Source: Nitrospirota bacterium (GTDB lineage: Bacteria; Nitrospirota; UBA9217). Taken from it: 64,000 bases of DNA. The position numbers were made by a program, and so were the translations under genes. Positions 31,178 through 39,995 of this stretch are shown in pieces. A model generated the notes under the pieces. That model made no database searches. It had not been told where the DNA came from and saw only the letters and a list, made by a program, of their open reading frames with translations. The DNA lies in contig CAVVUN010000001.1 of the NCBI GenBank assembly GCA_963751455.1, positions 96,001 to 160,000 of the forward strand, given 5' to 3'. Within the stretch, counting starts at the first letter, position 1. The number at the start of each line of letters is the position of its first letter.

Positions 31178-32665
31178 CTACGGTGTTAGGAACGGCAACG
31201 GATAGCCATGATAATTCTCCGACATGTCGGCTCTAGTCGGAGCTGTTTGCGGAGGCGTAGGCGACGTCATATCAATCTGGCATGCCGTTACATAGACGTC
31301 GCACTGCAATCCGCTCGCGACGCTCCCGTTCAAAACCCGTGCGTTCGTAGTATTTACCCAGTTGCCCCAGACCTCGTCGTACTTGTACTGCTTGGTCGAA
31401 CTATTCCAAACATCGGCCCACAGACTGATATAATATGATTTAGCATTAATCACTGAAAGCCACGTTATACTGATATCTTTCACGTTCGCATTCGCTGCGT
31501 TCGAGACAAGGGAGGCGCTGATGTCCGATCGGGAGTCTGTTACAGAAAGAGGAATGAGATTCGGATTCGGATTTGTATTCGCGAAGCTGAAGGCAGCCGA
31601 CTCCGAAGCCCCTCCATATGTAGCGGTTACGGTGTAGGTTCCTCCTCTGACCGGTTCGATATTGTAGTACCAGTATGCATTGTGGCCCTCGTTTGCCGGA
31701 TAAATGTAATTCATGACAAGACCGTTAGGATCTGTAACCATAATGTTCCAGTCGCCTGAGGGGACTGTTGGCGAAGGATTCGTGGATAAGTCCTGAATCG
31801 AGGTCCAAATGGCCAAAGCGTAGATAGGGGTATTATTCGAATCGCGCATGCCATAATCGAGTATGCCGCCCGCAGTCTGAAGACTGTAATTAGCAGAGAT
31901 CTGCCCCCCGCCCACGGGGAAGGTGAAAGAATACTCGGAGATATTCTCCTGAGGGGCAAGGCCGGGCGACGATAGATGGTTGGCGTAAAGAGCGACAAGA
32001 TCCGTTGCGTAGGCATCGACCTCAATGAAGTAACTCCCGGTCGTCAGCGTTCCAAAACTTACGACCGCAGACGTGTCCGTCGTATAGCCTGTTATACAGT
32101 TTGTGTCAGGATCGCAGACGTTATAGGCGTAAGATCCAGCGCCGTCGATGCTAGGCCAAGTGAGCTTAATATCGCTCCCCGAGGAACTTGCGTTCGGAGC
32201 AGGCCGGGAAAGTACGGAAGATGTGATGGTGAAGTCATCATAAATGGTTGTAGAGCCATCGGTTGCTGTTGCACGATAAGTGCCGGGAACAGGATCGAAA
32301 CTAGCCCATTCCCAGGTCATAAAACTTCCGAGGCGGGGATCGGAATAATCGACAACAAGCGGAGAGGAAATCCCAGGACCTGTAATAGTAATCGTCCAAG
32401 GCAGCGTTGGGCCCCAACCACTGCCGTCCCTTAGCGTTACAAGCAGGGACAGACCCTTCGCTCCTGATCCGTCATTCAACGTCCCGCCCGAAGCAACAAG
32501 TGTATAGCCTCCGTCAGCGTTGGTCGGGGTACCGGGATTGTTTTTCTTCCCCCCCTTGCAGCCAAAAAGAGTGAACAGTAGGATGACGGATAAAAAAGTG
32601 ACAAGCGAAAAATGGGGAAAGATGCGGACAAGAGGCAATGACTTTGATAAGGAATTCTTAATCAT
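31178..32665 (-). CDS. Large beta-rich lipoprotein (paralog of 3032-4510), cut off from its RBS by an IS
   Basis: Native start MIKNSL at 32665; lipobox LFGC. The native GGAGG RBS now lies beyond the IS at about 34067-34071. Confidence 0.82.
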   Translation of the reverse strand: MIKNSLSKSLPLVRIFPHFSLVTFLSVILLFTLFGCKGGKKNNPGTPTNADGGYTLVASGGTLNDGSGAKGLSLLVTLRDGSGWGPTLPWTITITGPGISSPLVVDYSDPRLGSFMTWEWASFDPVPGTYRATATDGSTTIYDDFTITSSVLSRPAPNASSSGSDIKLTWPSIDGAGSYAYNVCDPDTNCITGYTTDTSAVVSFGTLTTGSYFIEVDAYATDLVALYANHLSSPGLAPQENISEYSFTFPVGGGQISANYSLQTAGGILDYGMRDSNNTPIYALAIWTSIQDLSTNPSPTVPSGDWNIMVTDPNGLVMNYIYPANEGHNAYWYYNIEPVRGGTYTVTATYGGASESAAFSFANTNPNPNLIPLSVTDSRSDISASLVSNAANANVKDISITWLSVINAKSYYISLWADVWNSSTKQYKYDEVWGNWVNTTNARVLNGSVASGLQCDVYVTACQIDMTSPTPPQTAPTRADMSENYHGYPLPFLTP

Positions 32666-32667
32666 TT

Positions 32668-34056
32668 GGTAGTGTAGAAAAGGAGAGACTTTGGACATGA
32701 AGTAACAACAAATTGCCCTCCATTTTATGGATAATAGTTTTGGACGAAACTAACCATAAAACAGGAGGGCAATATGGGTGTTACCCCACAAAGGAAAGGT
32801 ATCACCATCAGTTTTGATTGTCAATTTGAAGTGCATTTGAAGGACAGCTCTCTTTCATCAATACTCGCCGCCTTTGCCGAGCTTTTGCCGCAGATTTTGA
32901 CGGACTTCATTCAGAAAGTGCTTGTAGGCTTTGGCGAGCATGTGATGGCTCTTAAGAAAAAGCCTTTTGCCTGCGGGTGCGGCAATGATCGGGAATTCAC
33001 ATGGAAGACGCGGCACGGGAAAAAGACTAAGATTCATGCCTTTTACCAATGGGTCTGGTTACAGCAGCTCCAGGTTGTTTGCAAACGCTGTGGGAGTAAG
33101 CTCTACATCACCCGAAAGCTGCTCGGAATGAAGCCGAAAAAGCGAATAGCGGCAGAAATTTATCGAAAGCTTGGGCTTCTGGGTTCCTTGACAACCTTTC
33201 GTGTGGCGGAGAAGATCGGCAAGATGTTCGGCTGGGCCGTGGACAAGATGACGGTCTGGAGCGCTGTCCAAAAGACGGGGTCGGAAATAGAGTTCAAGGT
33301 TGATGAAAAGGAGCTTCCCCAGGGCGAGGCTGACGGGACCGGGATCGGCATCAAGGGAATCAAGAAGCGCGGGAAGGAATTGAAGGCGTTCATACAGTAC
33401 AAGAAGGGTGGCGGCGTGCGGGTGGCGGGCCTTGATATCGGGAATTATAACGGGTCCTGGGACAACCTTTTCAAGAAGAGTCTCAAGGCTCTGGGGAGCT
33501 TCACCCGTCCGTTTTCCTTAATCACCGACGGCGACACCTCCATCCTGGATGCTCTTAAGGGGAAGGTGAAGATAATTGTTCAGCGCTGCTTGTGGCATAT
33601 TCCCTATCAAGCGAAGTATGTGTTGTGGCAGGACAAAGTGAAGCGTAAGAGCGAGGACTGGTTGTATGTGATCGTGGAGCTGATGGAAATCTGCGCGATA
33701 CGGCCGTTTGTAGACGACAAGCAGACGATAGCCGCGATGATCGCTTCGAAGAAGGCCCGGCTGGATGAACTGATAAAGCGGTGCGCTGAGAGAGAATATA
33801 CTCACACAGCCGCTTATCTTGAAAATGCCCGCCCGGATATGTTTACGGCGATCAAGAAGAGATTAGACGGTAAGACCACGAGCAAGGTGGAGCGACTCAT
33901 GCGCACGGTCAATATGCGGGTAAACGTGAGCAAGTGGACCGAGGCCGGAGCGCTGAATGTCATGAAAGTCCGGCTGGCTTATTACTATAACGGATTTGAT
34001 GCATAATGCGCGTAAAATGGGGGGCTTTTGTCAGGTCTCCACTTGACAACGCTACC
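32668..34056 (+). mobile_element. ISH6-like insertion sequence, copy 2
   Basis: 1389 bp, same ends as copy 1, 8-bp TSD AATCATTT (32660-32667, 34057-34064). Confidence 0.88.
32774..34006 (+). CDS. ISH6/IS256-type DDE transposase
   Basis: Protein identical to 5033..6265. Confidence 0.88.
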   Translation: MGVTPQRKGITISFDCQFEVHLKDSSLSSILAAFAELLPQILTDFIQKVLVGFGEHVMALKKKPFACGCGNDREFTWKTRHGKKTKIHAFYQWVWLQQLQVVCKRCGSKLYITRKLLGMKPKKRIAAEIYRKLGLLGSLTTFRVAEKIGKMFGWAVDKMTVWSAVQKTGSEIEFKVDEKELPQGEADGTGIGIKGIKKRGKELKAFIQYKKGGGVRVAGLDIGNYNGSWDNLFKKSLKALGSFTRPFSLITDGDTSILDALKGKVKIIVQRCLWHIPYQAKYVLWQDKVKRKSEDWLYVIVELMEICAIRPFVDDKQTIAAMIASKKARLDELIKRCAEREYTHTAAYLENARPDMFTAIKKRLDGKTTSKVERLMRTVNMRVNVSKWTEAGALNVMKVRLAYYYNGFDA

Positions 34057-34113
34057 AATCATTTTGCCTCCAAAACAGATACAAATTGACTGTCTCATAG
34101 ACTTCTATCAATT

Positions 34114-34196
34114 AAAAAAAAAGGGGGGGGGATGTGTGATGTATGTATGTATGTATGTATGTATGTATGTATGTATGTATGTATGTATGTATGTAT
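34114..34196. repeat. A9G9 homopolymer pair plus (GTAT)14 microsatellite
   Basis: A9 at 34114-34122, G9 at 34123-34131, perfect (GTAT)x14 at 34141-34196. Confidence 0.97.
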
Positions 34197-34239
34197 AAAG
34201 TATTACAAATAAAATTATTTTGACATAAAATATAAATTT

Positions 34240-34294
34240 TGTCTCGGCTTTTGTTGCTTTTTTTCTTCGGCTTTTGTTGCTGTTTATATTTTAA
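34240..34294 (-). promoter_or_regulatory. Conserved tandem direct repeat, candidate AraC-family activator site (copy 2)
   Basis: Perfect TCGGCTTTTGTTGCT at 34244 and 34267 (23-bp period), homologous to 4645-4698. Confidence 0.62.
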
Positions 34295-34385
34295 TCAAAT
34301 TGGTTCCTATGGAAGTGACGTGCAGAATAAACCAGAAAAACAGGGGTCATAAATACAGGCGGGAAATCGAGATTCAGTTTGATAT

Positions 34386-35186
34386 TTATTTATTTCTGAT
34401 TTTATTTCGGAACTGAGTAGGCGTAGATCCGAGAACTTTCTTGAAAATTCTTTCGAAGTGGGTCAAATCCGAAAAGCCCGTACAGAAACCGACGTCCGTT
34501 ATCGAGAGGGCCTGATCGGTCAACAGTTTTTTTGCCTGTTCTATTCTCACCCGATTTAAATAGCTTTGATAGGTCAATCCCGTCGTTTCTTTGAACGTCC
34601 GGGAAAAATGAAATCTGGAGACAGACGCTATCTTTGCCACCTGATCAAGGCTGATATTCGTGGAACAGTTGCTGTGAATATATTGAAGCGCTTTATGAAT
34701 GTAACTGCTCTTGTCGTTCGTGTCGGCGTCCTGGACCTCTTCTCTCACGCTTGTTTCAGCTGGGTCCAGTGGGGCCGTTCTGTGCTTGACCGGCCCGATG
34801 CCCTTACGAAACAAGCATATATTTATCCGTTCTATAAAATCGTCATAAATGAAGGGTTTTTTAACGTAATCTCGTGCTCCAAGTCTGAATGCTTTCACGG
34901 CAACATCTTCATTGCCATACCCGGTTATGAAGATCACCGGAATTAAAGGCATGAGCTTCTTTAATTCTTTTAGAACATCGATGCCTGACATGTCCGGCAG
35001 CTTATAATCAATGACCGCAAGATTAAGATCAGGGTTCTTTTTAAGATAACGGATCGCCGTTTTACCGTCAGGCTTGATTACAACTATGAAGCTCTTGGGA
35101 AGAAAATAACGATGAAGCTTTATCATTTCCAAGTCGTCTTCAACAACAAGAATCTTTTTTTTGACGGCCATATAATCTGCGCTCAA
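34386..35186 (-). CDS. Response regulator: receiver domain + AraC-type HTH
   Basis: ILVVEDD, VIDYKLPDMSG, ITGYG and KKP receiver motifs; SRFHFSRTFK...GFSDLTHFERIFKK AraC domain. The start could be ATG 35171. Confidence 0.93.
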   Translation of the reverse strand: MSADYMAVKKKILVVEDDLEMIKLHRYFLPKSFIVVIKPDGKTAIRYLKKNPDLNLAVIDYKLPDMSGIDVLKELKKLMPLIPVIFITGYGNEDVAVKAFRLGARDYVKKPFIYDDFIERINICLFRKGIGPVKHRTAPLDPAETSVREEVQDADTNDKSSYIHKALQYIHSNCSTNISLDQVAKIASVSRFHFSRTFKETTGLTYQSYLNRVRIEQAKKLLTDQALSITDVGFCTGFSDLTHFERIFKKVLGSTPTQFRNKIRNK

Positions 35187-35533
35187 TCTTTCTCGTTACA
35201 TCGACAATGACAAATATGGTTACAACGACGGTGGTGTCGCTTCCCGGAGTCTAGAATTTAAAGAACCAGCTCACCGATTTCAAATTTAATCATCCTGACT
35301 TACAAATGAGAGCGATCTTTGAAAATCCGAAACCAGCCTATCCAAGTTAAATAAAGCTTGGCTGCAAACGATAGTTTTTCTAAATATGATATGGTTTTTT
35401 TAAAATATCAAGAAAATAATGATGGTTTTTTGGGATATATTTTAGGGAATGCCATTATCCCTTATTAACAGCGGCGTTATAGTGTGATTTTTCCATCGAT
35501 ATCATCATATTTAACTATTCATGACAATAAAAC

Positions 35534-35563
35534 AAAAAGCCGCTCCATTGAGCCGGGAGCGGC
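35534..35563 (-). terminator. Rho-independent terminator after the FecR-domain gene
   Basis: Minus strand GCCGCTCC-loop-GGAGCGGC followed by TTTTTGTTTT. Confidence 0.8.
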
Positions 35564-35590
35564 CTCATAACATTTTCATGGAATTTATTC

Positions 35591-36349
35591 TTAAAAATCG
35601 AGCTCCTTGTCCCTCTCCTGGTTCCACTTCACCCAGTCGTCGGCCTCGGCCTTGGGATCGAAATCCTGCGGCTTGGACGGTATGCCCTGCGGCGATATTG
35701 TAATCTGCTGCATAGCCTTGACAATCTCGGTCCATTCTTCCATGGTTACCTCATGGTACGGCGGCGGGACTGCATGTGGACCTGACACCTCGTGAGGAGC
35801 CTTAGACATGTCTGCCGCCTGAGAAGGATCCCTCGGCGGATTTGCGACATATACGGACCCGTCATAAACCTTGACCATGGCGCTGTTGTCTTCTTCCACA
35901 TTTACGCGATATACCGTCCCGCGTACTCCGGCAACGGCATTTGCCGTCTTGACTTGTACCGACGAATCAGCGGTCAGCTTCCTCACCTTGGCCCAGAGCC
36001 TGCCGACAGAGAGGCCCACTGTGATATTTTTCGTTTCGGTTTTCGGATCATATTTGACTTCGCTCATGAGAAAACGGGACTTTTGGGCCAGACGCATAAC
36101 ACTGCCGTCAGGATACCGTATCTCTACCTGCGACCGGTCGCCCACGAGTATTTCATTATCGTCGGTGAGCTTGTCTCCTTTTTTCAATGCGCGTCCCGGT
36201 GCTTTCTTTTTTGTAAATACCTGCGCGCTTCCGTCTATGGCAGTAACAACAGCGCTGCTGCTTCCGGCTGTCTTTTTTTCCACGGCTTCTCCGGAACCGG
36301 ATATAAACATCACCATCGACGCAGCGACAAGCCACATGAATCGTTTCAT
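35591..36349 (-). CDS. Secreted FecR-domain protein
   Basis: Signal peptide; DGSVMRL, GRLWAKV and VKTANAVAGVRGT motifs. Confidence 0.88.
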   Translation of the reverse strand: MKRFMWLVAASMVMFISGSGEAVEKKTAGSSSAVVTAIDGSAQVFTKKKAPGRALKKGDKLTDDNEILVGDRSQVEIRYPDGSVMRLAQKSRFLMSEVKYDPKTETKNITVGLSVGRLWAKVRKLTADSSVQVKTANAVAGVRGTVYRVNVEEDNSAMVKVYDGSVYVANPPRDPSQAADMSKAPHEVSGPHAVPPPYHEVTMEEWTEIVKAMQQITISPQGIPSKPQDFDPKAEADDWVKWNQERDKELDF

Positions 36350-36396
36350 AATGGTTTTATCCTTTCACCAAGCTGTCACCGAACCCAGTTTGCTCT

Positions 36397-37368
36397 TCAG
36401 CGGCTCAGTTTTACTATATCACCCGGCTGGAATCCTACACCCGACGTAGGCGTTGCAATGGAAAGATCCGCCTGGTCACCAATGTCATTCTGCTGAACGA
36501 TGGCCTGCCCGATCTTGTTCTCCGTGGTCCCCAGCTTCATTTTGGTGACCGGGTCGATGATTTCCTTGCCCGGACGAAACACATCGAGCTTGTCGCCCGT
36601 GTTCAATCCTGATTTCTGTCCGGCGTTGATGTAAAGGTTGCTCCCGTCCACCTGCGCAACTCTGCCGTTCCATTTACGGGTCCCGAGTTTCTGCACCATA
36701 TTCACCATAGCTTTTGTGAGAGCATCTCTCAGCGCACCGTCGCGCAGATCGGAATCATAGCTTACTTTGCTTCCAGCTCCCAGCACGGTAGTCGCCTTTT
36801 TTTGATAGATACCGGCCCCTGAATCGGCCATAAGCTGGACACCCGTGGTTGTATCAACGATCCGATAATCGACCGTTACCCGTGCAATCTGCGTTTTGCT
36901 TTTACCGATGATAAAATCCGTCCCCTCTTCCGCTTCTGAATAGGCAGTGACGGCGCCGGTCACAATTGCATTTAAACCCAGAACTTTTCCCATCTCCGCC
37001 GCGGTATCCGGATTAACCGCGCCCGTAGCGCCCATCCGCTGTTGCGAGAGAATCGAGTCTATGTCCTGCTGCGGTATGACGATAAAACGGTCGGTCTTCT
37101 GTAAAATGGTCCCGAGGATGTCAGCTGCCGCTTCGCCGATTCCAAGCACTTTCGACGGAGTTTTGTTCTGAAAATTTACGACACCTACTCTCAGTTTCGG
37201 GCCCTTATACTCTTTCACGTCGCTCGCCTGGGTCAGTTCACTCGACGTGTTCGTAGCGGTTGTATCGTCTTTGACCTGTCCTCTCTTGGCCGCGTCCGAG
37301 CTTGTTGCAGCGGCAGTTAAAACGGTTGCGCTAACCAACCATATGAACATAACCCTCTTCAAATCCAT
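36397..37368 (-). CDS. CsgG/HfaB-family protein with FlgT-like C-terminal domain
   Basis: RVGVVNFQNK, GKVLGLNAIVTGAVT and VDYRIVDTTTG, then LYINAGQKSGLNTGD...DPVTKMKLG. Confidence 0.85.
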   Translation of the reverse strand: MDLKRVMFIWLVSATVLTAAATSSDAAKRGQVKDDTTATNTSSELTQASDVKEYKGPKLRVGVVNFQNKTPSKVLGIGEAAADILGTILQKTDRFIVIPQQDIDSILSQQRMGATGAVNPDTAAEMGKVLGLNAIVTGAVTAYSEAEEGTDFIIGKSKTQIARVTVDYRIVDTTTGVQLMADSGAGIYQKKATTVLGAGSKVSYDSDLRDGALRDALTKAMVNMVQKLGTRKWNGRVAQVDGSNLYINAGQKSGLNTGDKLDVFRPGKEIIDPVTKMKLGTTENKIGQAIVQQNDIGDQADLSIATPTSGVGFQPGDIVKLSR

Positions 37369-37400
37369 CGTAATTCCTCCTCAATACCGAATTATAATAA

Positions 37401-38792
37401 TTATTTCGTTTCCGCCATGAGCTCCATGAATGAGTGCGCCTCCGTATATCCGCCGGGGATCTCGAACAGCGATCCCGGGGGCGTTTTGAGGACGATCGTT
37501 TTGAGCTCCGTCGTGACGCGAACATCGCTGTTCTCTAATTCGCTTTTGATGGTCATGTTGTCGAGGTCACGAGCATACCACATGAACCCTTCCTGCACGG
37601 TGCCGTTCTTGTACGTGATTTTGACTTTATATTTGTCGGTCGGATGTTTATCGACCACTTCGCTTCCAATCCGTGTTTTTTCCACAAGGGGCTTTTCATA
37701 TGCTTCCGTTTTGCCGTCGGTAATGGTCATGAATTTCTTCGACTCGGGATAGAGAGTATAACCCGTATTCTTGTCACCGTTGTACACCATGGACATCCTG
37801 CTCATGGCCGGGGGCGCGCCCTGGCCGCCTTTCATCATAGTTGAAAGGTCCATGTCCATCCTGATCTTTTCGCCCGCCTTTGAAATGGGGATTTCGTAAT
37901 TATAGCTGTTACTGCTGTTCTTGTCCATGGTTACCGAAATGAGCACGGCTGAAAAATCCTTTTTCCCGTAATCCATATACCCGAATGACGGAGCCTGGGG
38001 ATTTTTGATTTTCGGCAATGAAATTACCATCGGCTTCGCAACAGGCTCGCGGGCAGAAGCGGTTTCCGGCCCTGGTCCCCAAGGAAGCGTATCTATGATC
38101 CTTCGAGCCATCTCTTTCGATTCATAATCCAGGTGAACGCCGATTGCTTTTGTGAGCAGCTTTGCCCCCATGCCCAGGGCGAATGCCTTTCCGATGTTAT
38201 TTTCACTGGTTGTCACACTGTCAATAGTTACCCACGGCACCTCTTTTTCCCTCGCATCGGCAGTCCGGTTCAGGGCCGACGTGACCGATCCGCTTCTGCC
38301 GGCCATTTTTGTTTCCGTTCGTACCCCCAGTCCTCTTTCCCAAAACGTCTGCCCCGCGCCTGTATCGACCAGTTTGAACTTAGCCCGGACCTTTCGCACA
38401 TTAATCAGACCTGTCGTCGTTTCATCAAAATCCATGAGCGATCCATACAGAACGCCTTCAACACCCAGGGCTTCGCCGAGCTTCTGCGGCGTGGTCATTT
38501 CGAGCTGGCCGCCGAGAGTAATGCCCATCCGATCTCTCAGTATCTGGTCGGTTTCCTGGACATCCTTGACGATATATGCCCTACTCTCCAGCATCTCTAT
38601 CATCTTTTTTCTGACCAAGTCAGGACCGGCTACATCCAGCGTATCGTTCTTCAAGGGTAAAACTGCAACCCGTTTAAGAGGATTGCTTGCATCATAATGC
38701 CTGGGTACTATACGGCGGGGCGCTGACGCACAGGATACGAGCACACTTGAAACAGCGACGACACCCAATAATCTGCACAGCATTTTCACCAT
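37401..38792 (-). CDS. GNA1162/DUF799-like lipoprotein fused to a DUF4412-like domain
   Basis: Lipobox LVSC; RVAVLPLKNDT, PQKLGEALGVEGVLYG; C-terminal GSEVVDKHPTDKYKV...SLFEIPGGY. Confidence 0.75.
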   Translation of the reverse strand: MVKMLCRLLGVVAVSSVLVSCASAPRRIVPRHYDASNPLKRVAVLPLKNDTLDVAGPDLVRKKMIEMLESRAYIVKDVQETDQILRDRMGITLGGQLEMTTPQKLGEALGVEGVLYGSLMDFDETTTGLINVRKVRAKFKLVDTGAGQTFWERGLGVRTETKMAGRSGSVTSALNRTADAREKEVPWVTIDSVTTSENNIGKAFALGMGAKLLTKAIGVHLDYESKEMARRIIDTLPWGPGPETASAREPVAKPMVISLPKIKNPQAPSFGYMDYGKKDFSAVLISVTMDKNSSNSYNYEIPISKAGEKIRMDMDLSTMMKGGQGAPPAMSRMSMVYNGDKNTGYTLYPESKKFMTITDGKTEAYEKPLVEKTRIGSEVVDKHPTDKYKVKITYKNGTVQEGFMWYARDLDNMTIKSELENSDVRVTTELKTIVLKTPPGSLFEIPGGYTEAHSFMELMAETK

Positions 38793-38888
38793 ACCATCTC
38801 CTTTGTCCGTGATCCATAAGACTGTTTCCAGGTCTCAATTGCTTACTTATTTTTGTATCCCGGCGAGACAAGAGAGCCGTCTACGTTT

Positions 38889-39959
38889 TTAATAAACTAT
38901 GATGACCCGACAGTATTGCAGAAATTCGGCCTTTGACGATAACTGCCGAAGCGTGTCAGCGTCCGCCTGTCCGATCATGAGATCCGTCTTTGTGCTGCCC
39001 GACGCGCTCAACCCTTTTATGACCGCCGGGTTGTCGGTCACTCTGAAATTGTTGGATGCAGCGCTTACATCTTTGGCGTATCCAGCAACGCCTTGCTCGA
39101 CCGCATTGGTCCTCGTAGCAACCTGTCCTACATAAACCTCGCTGCCTTGCGGATCCACGATTTTAGGCAGAAGCGCAGGCCTTAAGCCAAGACCTCTTCC
39201 GTCGATCACCAAACCGGTCGCAACACCGCCTTTAAAATTCACTGTTGCATCAGATTGCGGTGCCGGTGCCGGCTGAGGTAATGCAGGTTTCAAAGGTTCA
39301 GTCTTCTTTTCGGGTTGTGACGGGATAGGCTGTAGCGGCTCTCCGTGCGGTTCCGGGACCTTCGTCGTCGTAGGGGCGGGTTTGGAGGGCTCCGGTTTTG
39401 CAGGGTCGGCTTTCTTGTCCGGCGTCACCGGTTGAGCGGGTTTAATATCCGACGGTTTCTGGGGAATGAGGACTGGTTTCTGAGGAACAGTTACCGTCGA
39501 GGATCGGCCGAACGTTTCCGGCACGACCGCGTTCATGAAGGCGCCCCTCATCGGCATTGATACGACCACTTCCACGGACCCATCGGACAAGTACCTGGTT
39601 TTAACGACGCGCGCTCCCCTCACAATGCCGTCAACCTTGGTCCTGATTATGTCGCTTTTTGTCATGAAATTTTCAACCACGGTCTCCGAATCCACGCGTA
39701 CTTCTTTTACGGCCTCGAGCAAATTGCGTATCCCAACCACAAACGCGGCCCGCTCGGTCATTGCACGCGCCTGCGCGGCATTTGCCGCATTGGCCGGCGG
39801 TGCGCCTATGCCCGTTGCATAAACCTCTCCGATAGTCCAGTTGATGGTACCTGAAGCCGTGTTCTCAACGGCGTCGGAAGGAGCGAACGTCTGGGCATCT
39901 GAATTTGCAAACGCGAAAAGAAACATAACAGCGAGCAAGAATGAGAACTTATAATTCAT
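38889..39959 (-). CDS. LPP20-like secreted protein with Pro-rich linker (paralog of 42726-43604)
   Basis: INWTIG..ATGIGAPP, RNLLEAVKEVRVDSET and GLVIDGRGL motifs. Confidence 0.8.
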   Translation of the reverse strand: MNYKFSFLLAVMFLFAFANSDAQTFAPSDAVENTASGTINWTIGEVYATGIGAPPANAANAAQARAMTERAAFVVGIRNLLEAVKEVRVDSETVVENFMTKSDIIRTKVDGIVRGARVVKTRYLSDGSVEVVVSMPMRGAFMNAVVPETFGRSSTVTVPQKPVLIPQKPSDIKPAQPVTPDKKADPAKPEPSKPAPTTTKVPEPHGEPLQPIPSQPEKKTEPLKPALPQPAPAPQSDATVNFKGGVATGLVIDGRGLGLRPALLPKIVDPQGSEVYVGQVATRTNAVEQGVAGYAKDVSAASNNFRVTDNPAVIKGLSASGSTKTDLMIGQADADTLRQLSSKAEFLQYCRVIIVY

Positions 39960-39995
39960 GTTCTTTTCTCCTTCATGACTGTGCCTTACAGAGTC

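Noticed and set aside
4927-34056. Island acquired as a composite transposon
   Set aside because: Each IS copy has its own TSD and interrupts a pre-existing sequence.
34141-34196. CRISPR array or telomere-like repeat
   Set aside because: It is a simple 4-bp tandem repeat with no spacers, and there are no cas genes in the window.
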